From Rozella allomycis CSF55 (Eukaryota): a DNA stretch of 51,174 bases. This document shows positions 1 to 11,565 of the stretch, piece after piece. Under the pieces are notes generated by a model. The model worked only from the letters and a program-made list of their open reading frames with translations. It was not told the DNA's origin and made no database searches. Positions within the stretch are counted from its first letter, which is position 1. Each line of letters begins with the position of its first letter. The stretch covers positions 1 through 51,174 of the forward strand of contig KE560866.1 of NCBI GenBank assembly GCA_000442015.1. Direction: 5' to 3'. Both the position numbers and the translations under genes were made by a program.

Positions 1-192
1 TGCCACACGCACAGCCACGATAATCATCGCGTTCAAGCCCCTGTCGAAAGAAGATAAAGTCGAAATTCTATGTGATAATTAAATAACGCGCTATTTTTTA
101 AAAGAAATGATTATAGTCATAAAAGAAATTGCGATGGACATATTTTCATCAAAGGTTCGTCCGTACTTATATGTTAATTAATAATGCTATAT

Positions 193-2089
193 TTATTCAA
201 GTAAATGCTCATAAACCGTCCAATCGTAAGAGCTGGTATCAGTAAGTTTTAAACATTCTAAAATTTTTTTGAAAAGCGTGATCCTTTGTTTATCATAAGA
301 AGTCCAATGATTTGAAAACACATCAACCCAATTTACTTCTTTTATACGAGAGGTATCAACATCATCAAACGAATTCAATAGAAACTGCAAGTGTTCGGAT
401 TTTTTTTCAGTGTGTGGTCCCTCCAAATAACTGTAAAACATTTTTCTCCATTTATCCCAAATTTTTCGAAGGCCCTTAATGGCAAACATTCCAGATTGTT
501 TTAATAGAGTATATGAATTATGACTTCTTTGTGTGAACGCGAATTCAAACAATAACGGTCCGTCTTCGGGGAAGAATTTTACGAAATCCATAAACAGTCC
601 AGAATCNCATCCCAAATTTTTCGAAGACTCTTAATGGCAAACATTCCAGATTGTTTTAATAGGGTATATGATTTATGACTTCTTTGTGTGAACGCGAATT
701 CAAACAATAATGGTCCGTCTTCGGGGAAGAATTTTACGAAATCCATAAACAGTCCAGAATCATGGGTTGCTACAGCGTCATTTTGGAATAATCTGAAAAA
801 GAGGCGTCTTTTTTCATACCGATACAATGCAAATTTGGTTTTAAGTGCTTCGTTGATAATTGTAACCACAACCACGGGGTCAGGATGGTACAAAGATAGA
901 ACATTCATTATACTTTGAAATGATGAGTATGATAATGCATTAATATGATTTTGAAGCATGAATATGGCTAAATGAAGAATATTTGAATCCACTCTTGTAT
1001 TTTCATTACTGGCCTTTAAGAGCACATATGACATTGTCTTTTGATCAATTGGTTGTAGATGCAAACTTTGTGCAATTTTGTATGCCTTTAATTCATCATC
1101 ACTAAAATTGTTTAGTTTAATTAGGTTGCGAATATTCTCAATATTTGTATTCATTTCTTGTATAAAAGGGTTGCTATTAATGGAAGAAANGTTCACTCTT
1201 GTATTTTCATTACTGGCCTTTAAGAGTACATATGACATTGTCTTTTGATCAATTGGTTGTAGGTGCAAACTTTGTGCAATTTTATATGCCTTTAATTCAT
1301 CGTCACTGAAATTGTTTAGTTCAATTAGGTTGCGAATATTCTTAATATTTGTATTCATTTCTTGTATAAAAGGGTTGCTATTAACGAAAGAAATAGCTTT
1401 TGTACCCAGCGATTCCAAATAAAAATTGCGCTCTATTAAGATTTCAATGCATTCAGACATTTGTTTATCAATGCAATATGCTAAAGGATCAATATTCTCT
1501 TTTCCATATAAGTACTTGACATTGTAATTGTAACAGTTGAATGGTGTAAACTTCTTTTGCTTTATAAGTAATTTAATTAGGTCTTCTTTTGTAATTCTTT
1601 CGCTGTTCTTAAACTCAGCGTTTGGATCCAAAACATACTGGTAATATTTGTAGAACCTTTGAATGTCATCTTGTCCACAATCAACAACATTGAAGTAAGG
1701 GCCACACTTTCTAAACCAATGAAAAACAATATCANACTGTTTTTAAACTCGGCGTTTGGATCCAGTACATACTGGTAATATTTGTAGAACTTTTGAATGT
1801 CATCTTGTCCACAATCACCAACATTGAAGTGAGGGCCACACTTTCTAAACCAATGAAAAACAATATCAGCATTCAAAGCAACATTATGATAAAGAGATTT
1901 CTTTGTCAAACGAAAACGTTCGCTACTTTTGACATCCAAGAAATCATTGATACGATGATAGATATCAAACGGGATGATCTCTTCAAGAGCTTCCAAAGAG
2001 GCCTCAGTGGCGATACCAGGAGATTCTGAAGATGTCTTAGTGGCGATAGCAGAGCAAACTAAAAGAAAAAGGATGGCGAGAAACTTCAT
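193..2089 (-). CDS. Putative secreted protein with N-terminal F-box-like motif and ankyrin-like helical region; split by three assembly joins
   Basis: ATG at 2089 gives signal peptide MKFLAILFLLVCSAIAT, then IIPFDIYHRINDFLDVKSSERFRLTKKSLY (F-box-like) and DPLAYCIDKQMSECIEILIE (ankyrin-like). ORFs 1577-2095, 579-1631 and 193-615 join into one frame once the N-flanked duplicates are collapsed. Confidence 0.65.
454..760. repeat. ~153 bp near-identical tandem duplicate around single N at 607 (probable allelic overlap artefact)
   Basis: 454-606 repeats as 608-760 with a few substitutions. Confidence 0.85.
989..1391. repeat. ~200 bp near-identical tandem duplicate around single N at 1190
   Basis: 989-1189 repeats as 1191-1391; the peptide NSNPFIQEMNTNI...ENTRV appears twice in the ORF. 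Confidence 0.85.
1603..1868. repeat. ~132 bp near-identical tandem duplicate around single N at 1735
   Basis: 1603-1734 repeats as 1736-1868. Confidence 0.85.
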
Positions 2090-2266
2090 TGTCAAAAAAA
2101 GGTCTGGCCAGGGTGCAAATTTTTATATTTTTGATGATTGAATTCTATTTGGCTACACATATTTCGTTATTAAGACTGAGTTTCGAAATATGACAATTGA
2201 ATAGCTTTAACTATTTAATGTTCGGATTAGAAAAAGTATTATATATCAATTTGTCTATCCTCTCGA

Positions 2267-2340
2267 GGTCCTGTGGCCAAATTGGATAAGGCGCCTGACT
2301 ACGGATCAGGCGATTGCACGTTCGAGTCGTGCCAGGATCG
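2267..2340 (+). tRNA. tRNA-Arg (ACG)
   Basis: Acceptor stem GGTCCTG/CAGGATC; anticodon arm CCTGA-CT-ACG-GA-TCAGG; T-loop GTTCGAGT; T-run terminator follows. Confidence 0.95.
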
Positions 2341-2375
2341 ATTTTTTTAAAACATTTTACGCTGTGAAAAATTTA

Positions 2376-3194
2376 TTAACTTTCAAATATAATTCCCAAT
2401 TCCTTCAAAATATTCCCAATGGATTTGAATTTTTGTTTCAATTCCTCGTTTTGCAATCGTAGATTTAAATTTTCTCTCTTTAATACTTCGTTCATTTGTT
2501 TACAAATCAAAAATTCTTCATTTTGTTCTTTGCTGCTCATATTGTCTTTGCTGTTCATACTACTAGTTACCGTCTTCGTATTTGTTAAAAGAGGACTTTC
2601 AATCTCTATTTCCAAAATGGTTCCTTCATTGTCGGACTCTACCTCTCCATTCCTCTCATTCTGAATGATGTCATGCACGATAAAATTGACATTTGAAGCA
2701 TGATAATTGACAGTCCACTTTTCATCTTTTAAAGTAGCTTTTGATTCTTGAATAGCCGCGGACTTCAAAATAGATTCAAAAATCCTTAACAGGTTACTGA
2801 AGCTACGTTGGCTGAATCTTACGTGTATGATGTCAAAAATATTTGATCTTGGGAGTGCAAAAAAGAATTTTATCTGAAGAACAATGGAGAATGACTCTTT
2901 AATGGTTAAATAGGGTGGATAAAGAGCAACTATGGAATCAGATATCCTTATTTGCTCTTTTCCGAAATGCTGTACGTTATACACGGGATTGATTAGATTG
3001 CATAATTTTGAATCAAAATCTAATGAAAAACATCTCAAGGTATCGATGGAATTATTATCAACAATGTGGTTGGGCAGTAGTCTTAAGGATCCTGTTGCGG
3101 CGCCACTTCTTAATAGACAAATAGAATTGTACTTGTTAACTCTTAGGGAATGAAGCCATTTAAAAAAGTCACGAGAAGTCTCTGGCAAGTTCAT
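2376..3194 (-). CDS. Hypothetical protein with C-terminal coiled coil (272 aa)
   Basis: Uninterrupted ATG-to-stop ORF; leucine-zipper-like C-terminus; no family recognised. Confidence 0.6.
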   Translation of the reverse strand: MNLPETSRDFFKWLHSLRVNKYNSICLLRSGAATGSLRLLPNHIVDNNSIDTLRCFSLDFDSKLCNLINPVYNVQHFGKEQIRISDSIVALYPPYLTIKESFSIVLQIKFFFALPRSNIFDIIHVRFSQRSFSNLLRIFESILKSAAIQESKATLKDEKWTVNYHASNVNFIVHDIIQNERNGEVESDNEGTILEIEIESPLLTNTKTVTSSMNSKDNMSSKEQNEEFLICKQMNEVLKRENLNLRLQNEELKQKFKSIGNILKELGIIFES

Positions 3195-4080
3195 TTAAAG
3201 CTTATCAAAAAGTTTATTCGCAAGACAAAACTTTGACCAATAATGGTAAGGTGAAATTTTCATATTTAATGATATCAATAATGAATAGCAGTACATCTTC
3301 ACGTCGAAGTTGACATATTTTTGACGCAATAGTTTCTGTGGCCAGAACATTTTCAGAAGATGATTTCACGTCGAATATTCGAGATATCTAATCNAACGGT
3401 CCACTTTTCATCTTTTAAAGTGGCTTTTGATTCTTGTATAGCCGCGGACTTCAAAATAGATTCTAAAATCCTTAACAGGTTACTGTAGCTCCGTTGGCTG
3501 AATCTTACGTGTATGATGTCAAAAATATTTGATCTTGGGAGTGCAAAAAAGAATTTTATCTGAAGAACAATGGAGAATGACTCTTTAATGGTTAAATAGG
3601 GTGGATAAAGAGCAACTATGGAATCAGATATCCTTATTTGCTCTTTTCCGAAATGCTGTACGTTATACACGGGATTGATTAGATTGCATAATTTTGAATC
3701 AAAATCTAATGAAAAACATCTCAAGGTATCGATGGAATTATTATCAACAATGTGGTTGGGCAGTAGTCTTAAGGATCCTGTTGCGGCGCCACTTCTTAAT
3801 AGACAAATAGAATTGTACTTGTTAACTCTTAGGGAATGAAGCCATTTAAAAAAGTCACGAGAAGTCTCTGGCAAGTTCATTTAAAGCTTATCAAAAAGTT
3901 TATTCGCAAGACAAAACTTTGACCAATAATGGTAAGGTGAAATTTTCATATTTAATGATATCAATAATAAATAGCAGTACATCTTCATGTCGAAGTTGAC
4001 AGATTTTTGACGCAATAGTTTCTGTGGCGAGAACATTTTCAGAAGATGATTTCACGTCGAATATTCGAGATATCTAATCT
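2708..4080. repeat. ~686 bp near-identical tandem duplicate around single N at 3394; creates the partial second copy ORF 3353-3880
   Basis: 2708-3393 repeats as 3395-4080; differences cluster near the ends. Confidence 0.85.
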
Positions 4081-6107
4081 GGAAGAAAACATACTTAAAT
4101 ACGTGTTTCAATATCCAATTTTGGGGGCCGCCAGATATTTCGTCAAATGAATTTCCAGTAAGGTAAGCCGTTATGGCTTTCTCTTTATTCAACGGAACAA
4201 TATCAATTTTTCCAAAAAGCAACGTGTTTAGATGTCTTATGGAAGATGGAAGCGTAAGTTTCAAATGTTCGGATGGTATATCATGATTGTAGCCGATTCC
4301 AAACAAATCATAACAAGAACTTTACAGAATATTCATTCCACTTACTATTTTTTAACATCATTATTGTATAATGGCAATGTCAATTCATAAATGTTTCCAT
4401 GAAAATACAATCGCTTCCTTTCGTTGAGTATTAATGATCCAACTTCTTGGTTTAATAATTCGTCTGTAGAGAATTCAATTTCGGGCGGTAGTTTCAAAAC
4501 TGGCCAATCAAAATAACCACCACCTATCATTCTAAATGTGATTCCTTACTAAAGATAACGCTATTTTCAATCGCAGGGGCAAATCGCTCAAAAAACTATT
4601 CCACTGAAAATATAAAATTTACAGGAGATTCTAATATCTGTTCTTGTTGATACAAAACATGGCATTGCGTGAGGGCACANTAATGTGATTCCTTACTAAA
4701 GATAACGCTATTTTCAATTACAAGTGCAAATTGCTCAAAAAACTATTCCACAGAAAATATAAAAATTACAGGAGAGTCTAATATCTGTTCTTGTTGATAC
4801 AAAACATGGCATTGCGTGAGGGCACAAGATGAAAAATATGAAAACTTTTCAACCTCGTTGTCCAGTACGTGGCATTTAAGATCATAAAAACACACTAAAG
4901 ATCCCAAAAGATTTCTTTTAAATAAAACAAAATCTATTTTTACTCTTCTGGCCTGTAAAGTTTAAGATTGAAAGAAATATTCTGCGCATCTGCAACAGTC
5001 AGGTAAACGTATTTTGATGTTCTTATGATTCTATAAGTAATAAAAACTTTTATTACCCATTATTTGACTTTCTTTCAACAAAAACGTCGCTCATGTATGT
5101 TACAATTCCAACCAAATCAGATAGTTGGTCATTGGCCATTGATTGTTTATTGACTATTTTTAGGTGTCTTTTAGGGATTGAATCCAAGTCATCTGCAATT
5201 AAAATTAATCATCACAAGTACCCTTGACCAATTCTATTCGACCTTTTGGATTGCTTGGATTAATCATCAAATCCAAATGTGGATCATACGGTCCAATATC
5301 TATACTGGCGTTTATACTTCTCCTTTTGTATTTTTCAATCTTCACGCAATCATTTATATGAATCGCATTGAAATAGCGTAGCACAGATGTTTGCCATACA
5401 GTAACTTGCGCTATCTCTGTTCCGTCACTAACAATAAAAGAAAATCGATAAGGGCATAAATTGATCTCGTCTGGTTTTCCATAATAAGTTATCCTGCTTT
5501 TTGAAACTACTCTGCCTACAACGGGTAAATCTGGAGTCGAATTGTTGCCATAACTATATAGTCCTTCTATGCTAACTTGAGGTGACACGTTTTCAGCTTC
5601 ATGGAGTGGTATAAACCATCTATAATCAAAATTGCAAGGTATATCATCTTGCTCCATATCCAAATAGTTATATCGGCGAGCACACCATGGTGTGACCATT
5701 TCAAAGTCATAACTTTGAGAGATTTCAGGGCATACTTCTATTTCATTATAATTTAATGATATATTCATTATTATATGAATATCAACTATCAGACCTGGCT
5801 TAATACTCTTCTTTTTCACAACAAATTTGTCAATAGTCACCAACCCGTTTCTACATGGTTTTAACTGACCGTTATAGACTTGATTGTTTAAACTTGGGTG
5901 TAGAGTGTATTTTCTTAAGTTCTTCTTTAACATTAGATCAGCAAAAATCGATTACAGTCTCTTGCTCGAAAAATATCAAATCAAACAGGTATCCATCAGT
6001 ATTCTTTAAATTATCAAAAATAGTAAAAGAAACTTTGTCTATCGTATCTATTTTAGATTATTGAATAAACTACATTTGCCTATCTCAACGATCCATCCTT
6101 TGTTCAT
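3900..6107 (-). CDS. RADX: RADX (CXorf57)-like multi-OB-fold ssDNA-binding protein, multi-exon
   Basis: YTLHPSLNNQVYNGQLK and VVGRVVSKSRITYYGKPDEINLCPYRFSFIVSDGTEIAQVTVW resemble recalled RADX segments ([55 protein letters not shown]). ATG at 6107; inferred last exon ends LLFIIDIIKYENFTLPLLVKVLSCE* at 3900. Middle exon structure is approximate. Confidence 0.75.
4533..4827. repeat. ~147 bp near-identical tandem duplicate around single N at 4680
   Basis: 4533-4679 repeats as 4681-4827. Confidence 0.85.
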
Positions 6108-6163
6108 CTAAATAGCAAAATTTCACAAATGTCAAAATCAAAAAATCGATATATAGAAGCGAT

Positions 6164-7177
6164 TTATTTACTATCAGCCTCGTCCACTTTCAAATCTTTC
6201 ATTAATTTTTCAAGGGATTCCTTTTTCTTAAGGTCTTCCCTATCTTCCCGTTCCTTTTTTATTTTCTCGATTTCAGGCAAATAGTCCCTTAATAACAAAT
6301 ATAAGTGAAATTTACTTGTAGTATTCTTCTACGGCGTTTTCTACCGCGATAAAGAGATCATCCATACCCTCACCAGTCATTGAGCTAACTCCTACGACAT
6401 TAAGATGCTTATAAAATTCTTCTAGCATCAAAGACATTGATTGAACAAGAGAATTCATATAACTTGATTCCTCCTCTTGCAACGCGACTTGAAAAGCTTC
6501 GAAATCAGTCATCCAGTCAACCGCAAATTCATGTGAAACAACATCTATCTTATTAAAAGCGAGAATAAAAGGCAATTTCGTTTTGTATAAGATACTAAAT
6601 AATGTAAAATCGAATAGCTTACGAGCATGCGTACAACATATTGGACATGAAGGTAACAGGACTGCAAGTACGTGGTGTGTCAATAACATACAGAATTACA
6701 GTCGGATAAAGTGACGCCAAAGTTTCAGTAATAATTGTTCCAGATGCAGACCAAGTAAAAACTTCGATTTGACCTGGTGTATCCACGATTACATTAGTTA
6801 AATCGCCTTTTCTTTGTTCTAAAATGTCTAAAACTTTATCAAATTTTGCTGTAAATAGATTCAGACTAGTTAAAATTGCGCCGTTGGGGCCCAAAGTATA
6901 ACTAGATGATTTTGATTGTAAAACTGTACTCTTTCATGACTTGTTTGTAATTTATTGTATCTCGTATATCTATATTAGGCTTGAAAGGTAAAGATGTAAC
7001 GGCTGGGTCCAAATTAACAACGTATGGTTTTCCTCCAATTGTGTTAAGATGAGAATTTAATCTCTAAGCTTACAAGAAAGTTAAATATTCTACCATCATA
7101 AGTGTAGACTTTCCAGAGCCAGCCATTCCAATACAAAGCATGACGACTGGTTTATCATCTTTAGTTTCAGAAGACAT
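6164..7177 (-). CDS. GPN1: GPN-loop GTPase 1 (Npa3/XAB1), multi-exon
   Basis: [11 protein letters not shown]-loop, [50 protein letters not shown]. Confidence 0.95.
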
Positions 7178-7198
7178 GCTGCGCCTCCCAAAATTTTA

Positions 7199-9455
7199 AT
7201 GGAAGAAACTAAAAAGCGCTCTGGAAAGAGTTTTGCAACTATGGGTCTTTCAAAAGAAATATTGAAAGCTATATATAAAAAAGGATACAAGACACCTACG
7301 GCTATTCAGAGGAAATGTATTCCTGTTATTTGTGATGGGCGCGATGTTGTTGGAATGAGTAGGACTGGTTCGGGTAAAAGTGCGGCATTTGTTATTCCGA
7401 TGATTGATAAATTGAAAGGACATTCTAATGTGGTAATTTAAAGAGATTTTGCTTTAATCAGATGGGTGCAAGAGGTCTTATTTTGTCGCCTAGCAGAGAA
7501 TTAGCTATTCAGACAATTAAATATTGTAGAGAGTTGAGTTTTGGCACTGATTTGAGATGTGCTTTGCTTGTTGGTGGTGAAAGTATGGATAATCAATTTT
7601 CACTTTTGGCAACAAATCCTGACATGTAAGAAGATAATAAATAGTGACAATAGAATTGTGGCTACGCCTGGAAGATTGATGCATTTAATAATTGAGGCTA
7701 ATTTGGATCTTAAATCTGTTGAATATGTTGTTTTCGATGAAGCTGATAGGTATGTTTTAGTAACATTTGAAATAGATTATTTGAAATGGGCTTTGCAGAT
7801 CAATTAAAAGAAATTTTGCATAAACTACCGAAACATCGTCAAACTCATTTATTTTCAGCGACGTTACCAAAGTCTATTGTTGAATTTGCAAAAGCTGGAT
7901 TGACTGACCCTATCTTGGTTAGGTTAGATGTTGAGAGTAAATTAAGTGAAGATTTAGAATTATTCTTTTTGAACACCAAAATAGAGTTTAAAGATGCGGC
8001 ATTGTCATTTCTTTTGACCAGGGTTATTCCTGATCATGAATCAACAATTGTGTTTGCTGCAACCAAGCATCACGTTGAATATCTTTATGAATTACTTTTA
8101 GAAAAAAATATTAAATCTGTTTTTGTTCATGGATCAATGGATCAAGATGCCAGAACGCTTTCAGTGAATAAGTTTCGGAAAGGGCTAAATAAGGTGATGA
8201 TTGTGACTGATTTAGCTGCCCGTGGTATTGATATTCCAGCACTTGATAATGTGATTAATTATGACTTTACGCATAGCGAGAAAGTGTTTGTTCATCGTGT
8301 TGGGCGTGTGGCTAGAAATGGAAAGAGAGGGAAAGCTTATTCTTTATTGGCATCTGACGAAGTAATTTTATTTAATTGTATTAAAAGATTTCATATTTGA
8401 TTGATTTACAATTATTTTTGGGAAAGGAATGGATTCCATTATTTTCTAGACCAGAAGCAGGGGTTGAATTTTCATATTCTAAACAAATCGTTTTTGGGGA
8501 GATTCCACAAACCCTTTTAGATATTGAACATGAAACTGTCTTGCGTTTAAGAAAAGATAAGGCTGGTGTTCAAAGTCTTTACAATGTTCAGCAAAATGCA
8601 TACAAGTTGTATAGAAAAACTAGAACATCTTCCAGCAATGAATCTCATTTGAGAACCAAGGAAATCCTTGAGCAAGGGTTGGCGACGCATCCAATTTTAG
8701 AAAAATATTTGCCACAAGCAGAAATTGAAAGAATTGATTTCTTGTCTTCTATTAAGAATTATAGGCCTTCTCAAACTGTTTTTGAAACTGACAAGAAGCC
8801 AACTGATCCAACGAATATCTTGATGAAAAAGAGAAGAAACATTCTTTCAGATAAAATAGACGGACACCACAAAAAACTAAAAATTGTTGAGACACAAAAT
8901 AAAGAATCAATCAAATCTTTTAAAGATGAAGAATTTTACATTCCATTTGAACCAAAAGACAAAAAATCTGAAAGCGCTTATTCTTTAACTAACGGCTGCT
9001 TTGCTGAAGAAGCTCAAAAATCTTTGTTTGATTTAGGTATGGGTGACGACAGAGACGCTCTCAATATGCAAACAAAGAAACTCACTTGGGATAAAAAGAA
9101 AAAGAAGTTTATCAAACAAACTATTGGTTCTGATAACAAAAAGAGAATAAAGACTGACAGTGGAATGTCTGTACCTGCTAGCTTCAAAACGGATGCCTAT
9201 GAAAGATGGACTAAAAAGAATAATGTGCAACTACCAAAGATTGGTGAATCTGAACTCAAAGACTTTTCATTTCAAAGAAAAGGTCGAAATCAAAGATTCA
9301 ACAATAATAATTCCACGAAAACTAATGATAACAATAGAAAAGTTAAAAGTGAATTGAAATCCAAAGATAAAATTTTAAAGGAAAGAAGATTAAAAGAAAA
9401 AAGAAGAGAGAAGAATGCCAGACCTTCAAAGAAGGGAAAGAAACCCAGAAAATAA
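7199..9455 (+). CDS. DBP10: DEAD-box RNA helicase Dbp10/DDX54
   Basis: Q motif, [26 protein letters not shown]10 C-terminal [20 protein letters not shown]; four 26-29 nt introns. Confidence 0.95.
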
Positions 9456-9474
9456 ATTACATTTTATCACCGAT

Positions 9475-9684
9475 TTAGTTTTCAATTTCTATATTTTTAT
9501 TCTTTGCCATTAATCTACTTGAACACAATTTTTAAACTTACAGCGCAGTTTGTTTTTTTGTTATATTCTTCAAGGACAATACTTGCTGGGCCAAATGGTC
9601 AAAATTTATATCATTCTGAATAATACTTGTGAGTCTGTTTAAGGATCTATTCCATTCGGCATATTTTTCTGATTTCGCATCCAT
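9475..9684 (-). CDS. HSK3: DASH/Dam1 complex subunit Hsk3-like (60 aa, 2 exons); not in ORF track
   Basis: Exons 9684-9542 and 9514-9475 with a 27-nt GTAAG..TAG intron give MDAKSEKYAEWNRSLNRLTSIIQNDINFDHLAQQVLSLKNITKKQTALLMAKNKNIEIEN. The KY..L..L start and Q-x12-ALLMA match the recalled Hsk3 pattern Q-x12-ALFMA. Confidence 0.6.
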
Positions 9685-9698
9685 CCCAAGGAAATTTC

Positions 9699-9941
9699 AT
9701 GAATGAATTCGAAGAAACTCTTTTAAGGGAATATATTGAACTGCTGGAAGTAATTCAAAATGTAAAAAATTAAAGAATATTAAAGTAGCTCAATCAAACC
9801 ACTAACAGACTCTCTACCAATACGCAAAGATTAGTATCGAAATTAAGAGAACTTGAAATCCCATTGTCGACTACTACAACTTTACTGGGTGCGAGTGTAT
9901 ATCCTGCCAGTTCATACTTGAATTCTCAAGAAACCAAATGA
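9699..9941 (+). CDS. DAD3: DASH/Dam1 complex subunit Dad3 (71 aa, 2 exons); not in ORF track
   Basis: Exons 9699-9761 and 9789-9941 with a 27-nt intron give MNEFEETLLREYIELLEVIQNLNQTTNRLSTNTQRLVSKLRELEIPLSTTTTLLGASVY.., matching Dad3 E..L.EY..L...LRELE....TLLKASVY. Confidence 0.85.
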
Positions 9942-10068
9942 ATATACAAAAAGCCCTAAATATGATGATGTATGTTAAATTTATTAATAAAAATACTCTA
10001 ATAATTATAGAAACCTTATTATGTATGATTCTATTTGCCAAAATTTGTATTACCCAAGTCTATTCTGC

Positions 10069-11420
10069 TCAATCGAGTTCTACATAACTAAAAAACTGCA
10101 AATGGATAAATCTATATAAAACCGACAATAATGTCATTAGAAGATGTATTATCATGAATCTTTTCCCCAAAACACTCTCCCCAGGAATTAAACCCAGACA
10201 AATTAAAGAATCTGTCAATGCCATGACAGTCAAGCAAAGATAAAAGAGCATAAATATTACACTTTGAACTCCCATGGCCTTCTTCGGCTTGATTCTTTTG
10301 ACTAATGGCAACTCAAAAATTCCCAGCGTTACACAGATGCAATAAAACAAACGGAGAATTCCGAGAATATATGGATTTCTAAATGCAAACACATGCAATA
10401 CTTTTTTATCAATCCATCTCCCAAAAGTATGTAACGCCAGCAATGACCTTAACAGCTTTGAACCAACATGGAAAAGAAACACGAAAGTGGCGCCAATCGT
10501 GAACAATAATAGGATTACAAATATTAAATTTCTTCGAAAGGGATGCAGATTTTTGAGTTCCTTTTCTATGGCCCCCTTTTTAATAACTATTTCATTCAAT
10601 CCTTCCATGTGTAATAACTCGCTGTCAGATATAGATCTTAATCTAACACTGGAAAATAATGGAGAGTTTCTCGCTTTAATAACATTTTCTTCCATCTTTA
10701 AATGAAGCAATTCATTTTCCAACTCTGACTTTCTCCTAGGTGATACAGCGATTTTCTTGCACAAATTGAAGACTTGAATTATCCCAATTGGAAAAGCACT
10801 CCAGTGGAATACAGAACATACTCCAGTCACTATTTTGTTCAGCAAACTAATTGAAGAATGCAGATCTGTAGACAATCCCACTAATTTAGCCATGACCACG
10901 CAAAACACTATTACGAAACCAAGACTAAGAATCCAAACAATTATAGAGTTTCTTAACCCACTGGTCTTAAACATCATTATCGAAGTAACATCCAGTTCTT
11001 CTGTAAATAGATATTCCTCGTAAAAGAAGCAAAGGGGAAGCACAATAACTAGATTAAGAATCGTCCACATTGGTATCATTGTAAGACGGAGTTGAAAAAT
11101 GATATCAATCAAAATGAATAGTATATTTGATGTTGAAAAAGTTAGTGCAAAGAGCAAGAATCGATAGTTGAACGATCGCGGATCCATTACTTGCTTTAGA
11201 ATTAAGAAAGATGTAATGTGAATTACAAGTACGGAAAGGAAACTAAGAATATAAGATCTTGCACTTTCGTTGAAAGAATAGTTGTTCATCGAAATTTCGC
11301 AAACTGACAACAAGCAAATCAAGAAAGATTATGTCACTGTGATCTAAAAAACTGGATGTTAAATTGATATATATAATCTTTTTTTGTACCAATGGAATGT
11401 TCCAACTCTAATTCCTTCAT
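10069..11420 (-). CDS. LMBR1/LIMR-family multipass membrane protein
   Basis: About 9 hydrophobic segments; LPLCFFYEE, FPIGIIQVF..LENEL..LKMEE and PFRRNLIFVILL resemble LMBR1. Short first exon from ATG 11420 is inferred. Confidence 0.75.
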
Positions 11421-11565
11421 TATTTATTTGCAGAGGATTGATAATGGTTATAAGCTAATAAACATGCGAACAAAATGATTTTCATTTAAAATTTGATATC
11501 AAATTTTAGCAGCTGACATTTTGAATAAAATTTCTCAGTGGATTGTAAAATTTCAAACTCTGTCG

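Noticed and set aside
579-1631. Internal ~67-aa protein repeat
   Set aside because: The repeat boundary coincides with the N at 1190, so it is probably not a real repeat domain.
3353-3880. Apparent tandem paralogue of the 2376-3194 gene
   Set aside because: It is truncated exactly at the N (3394) and nearly identical; best explained as an assembly or allele duplicate.
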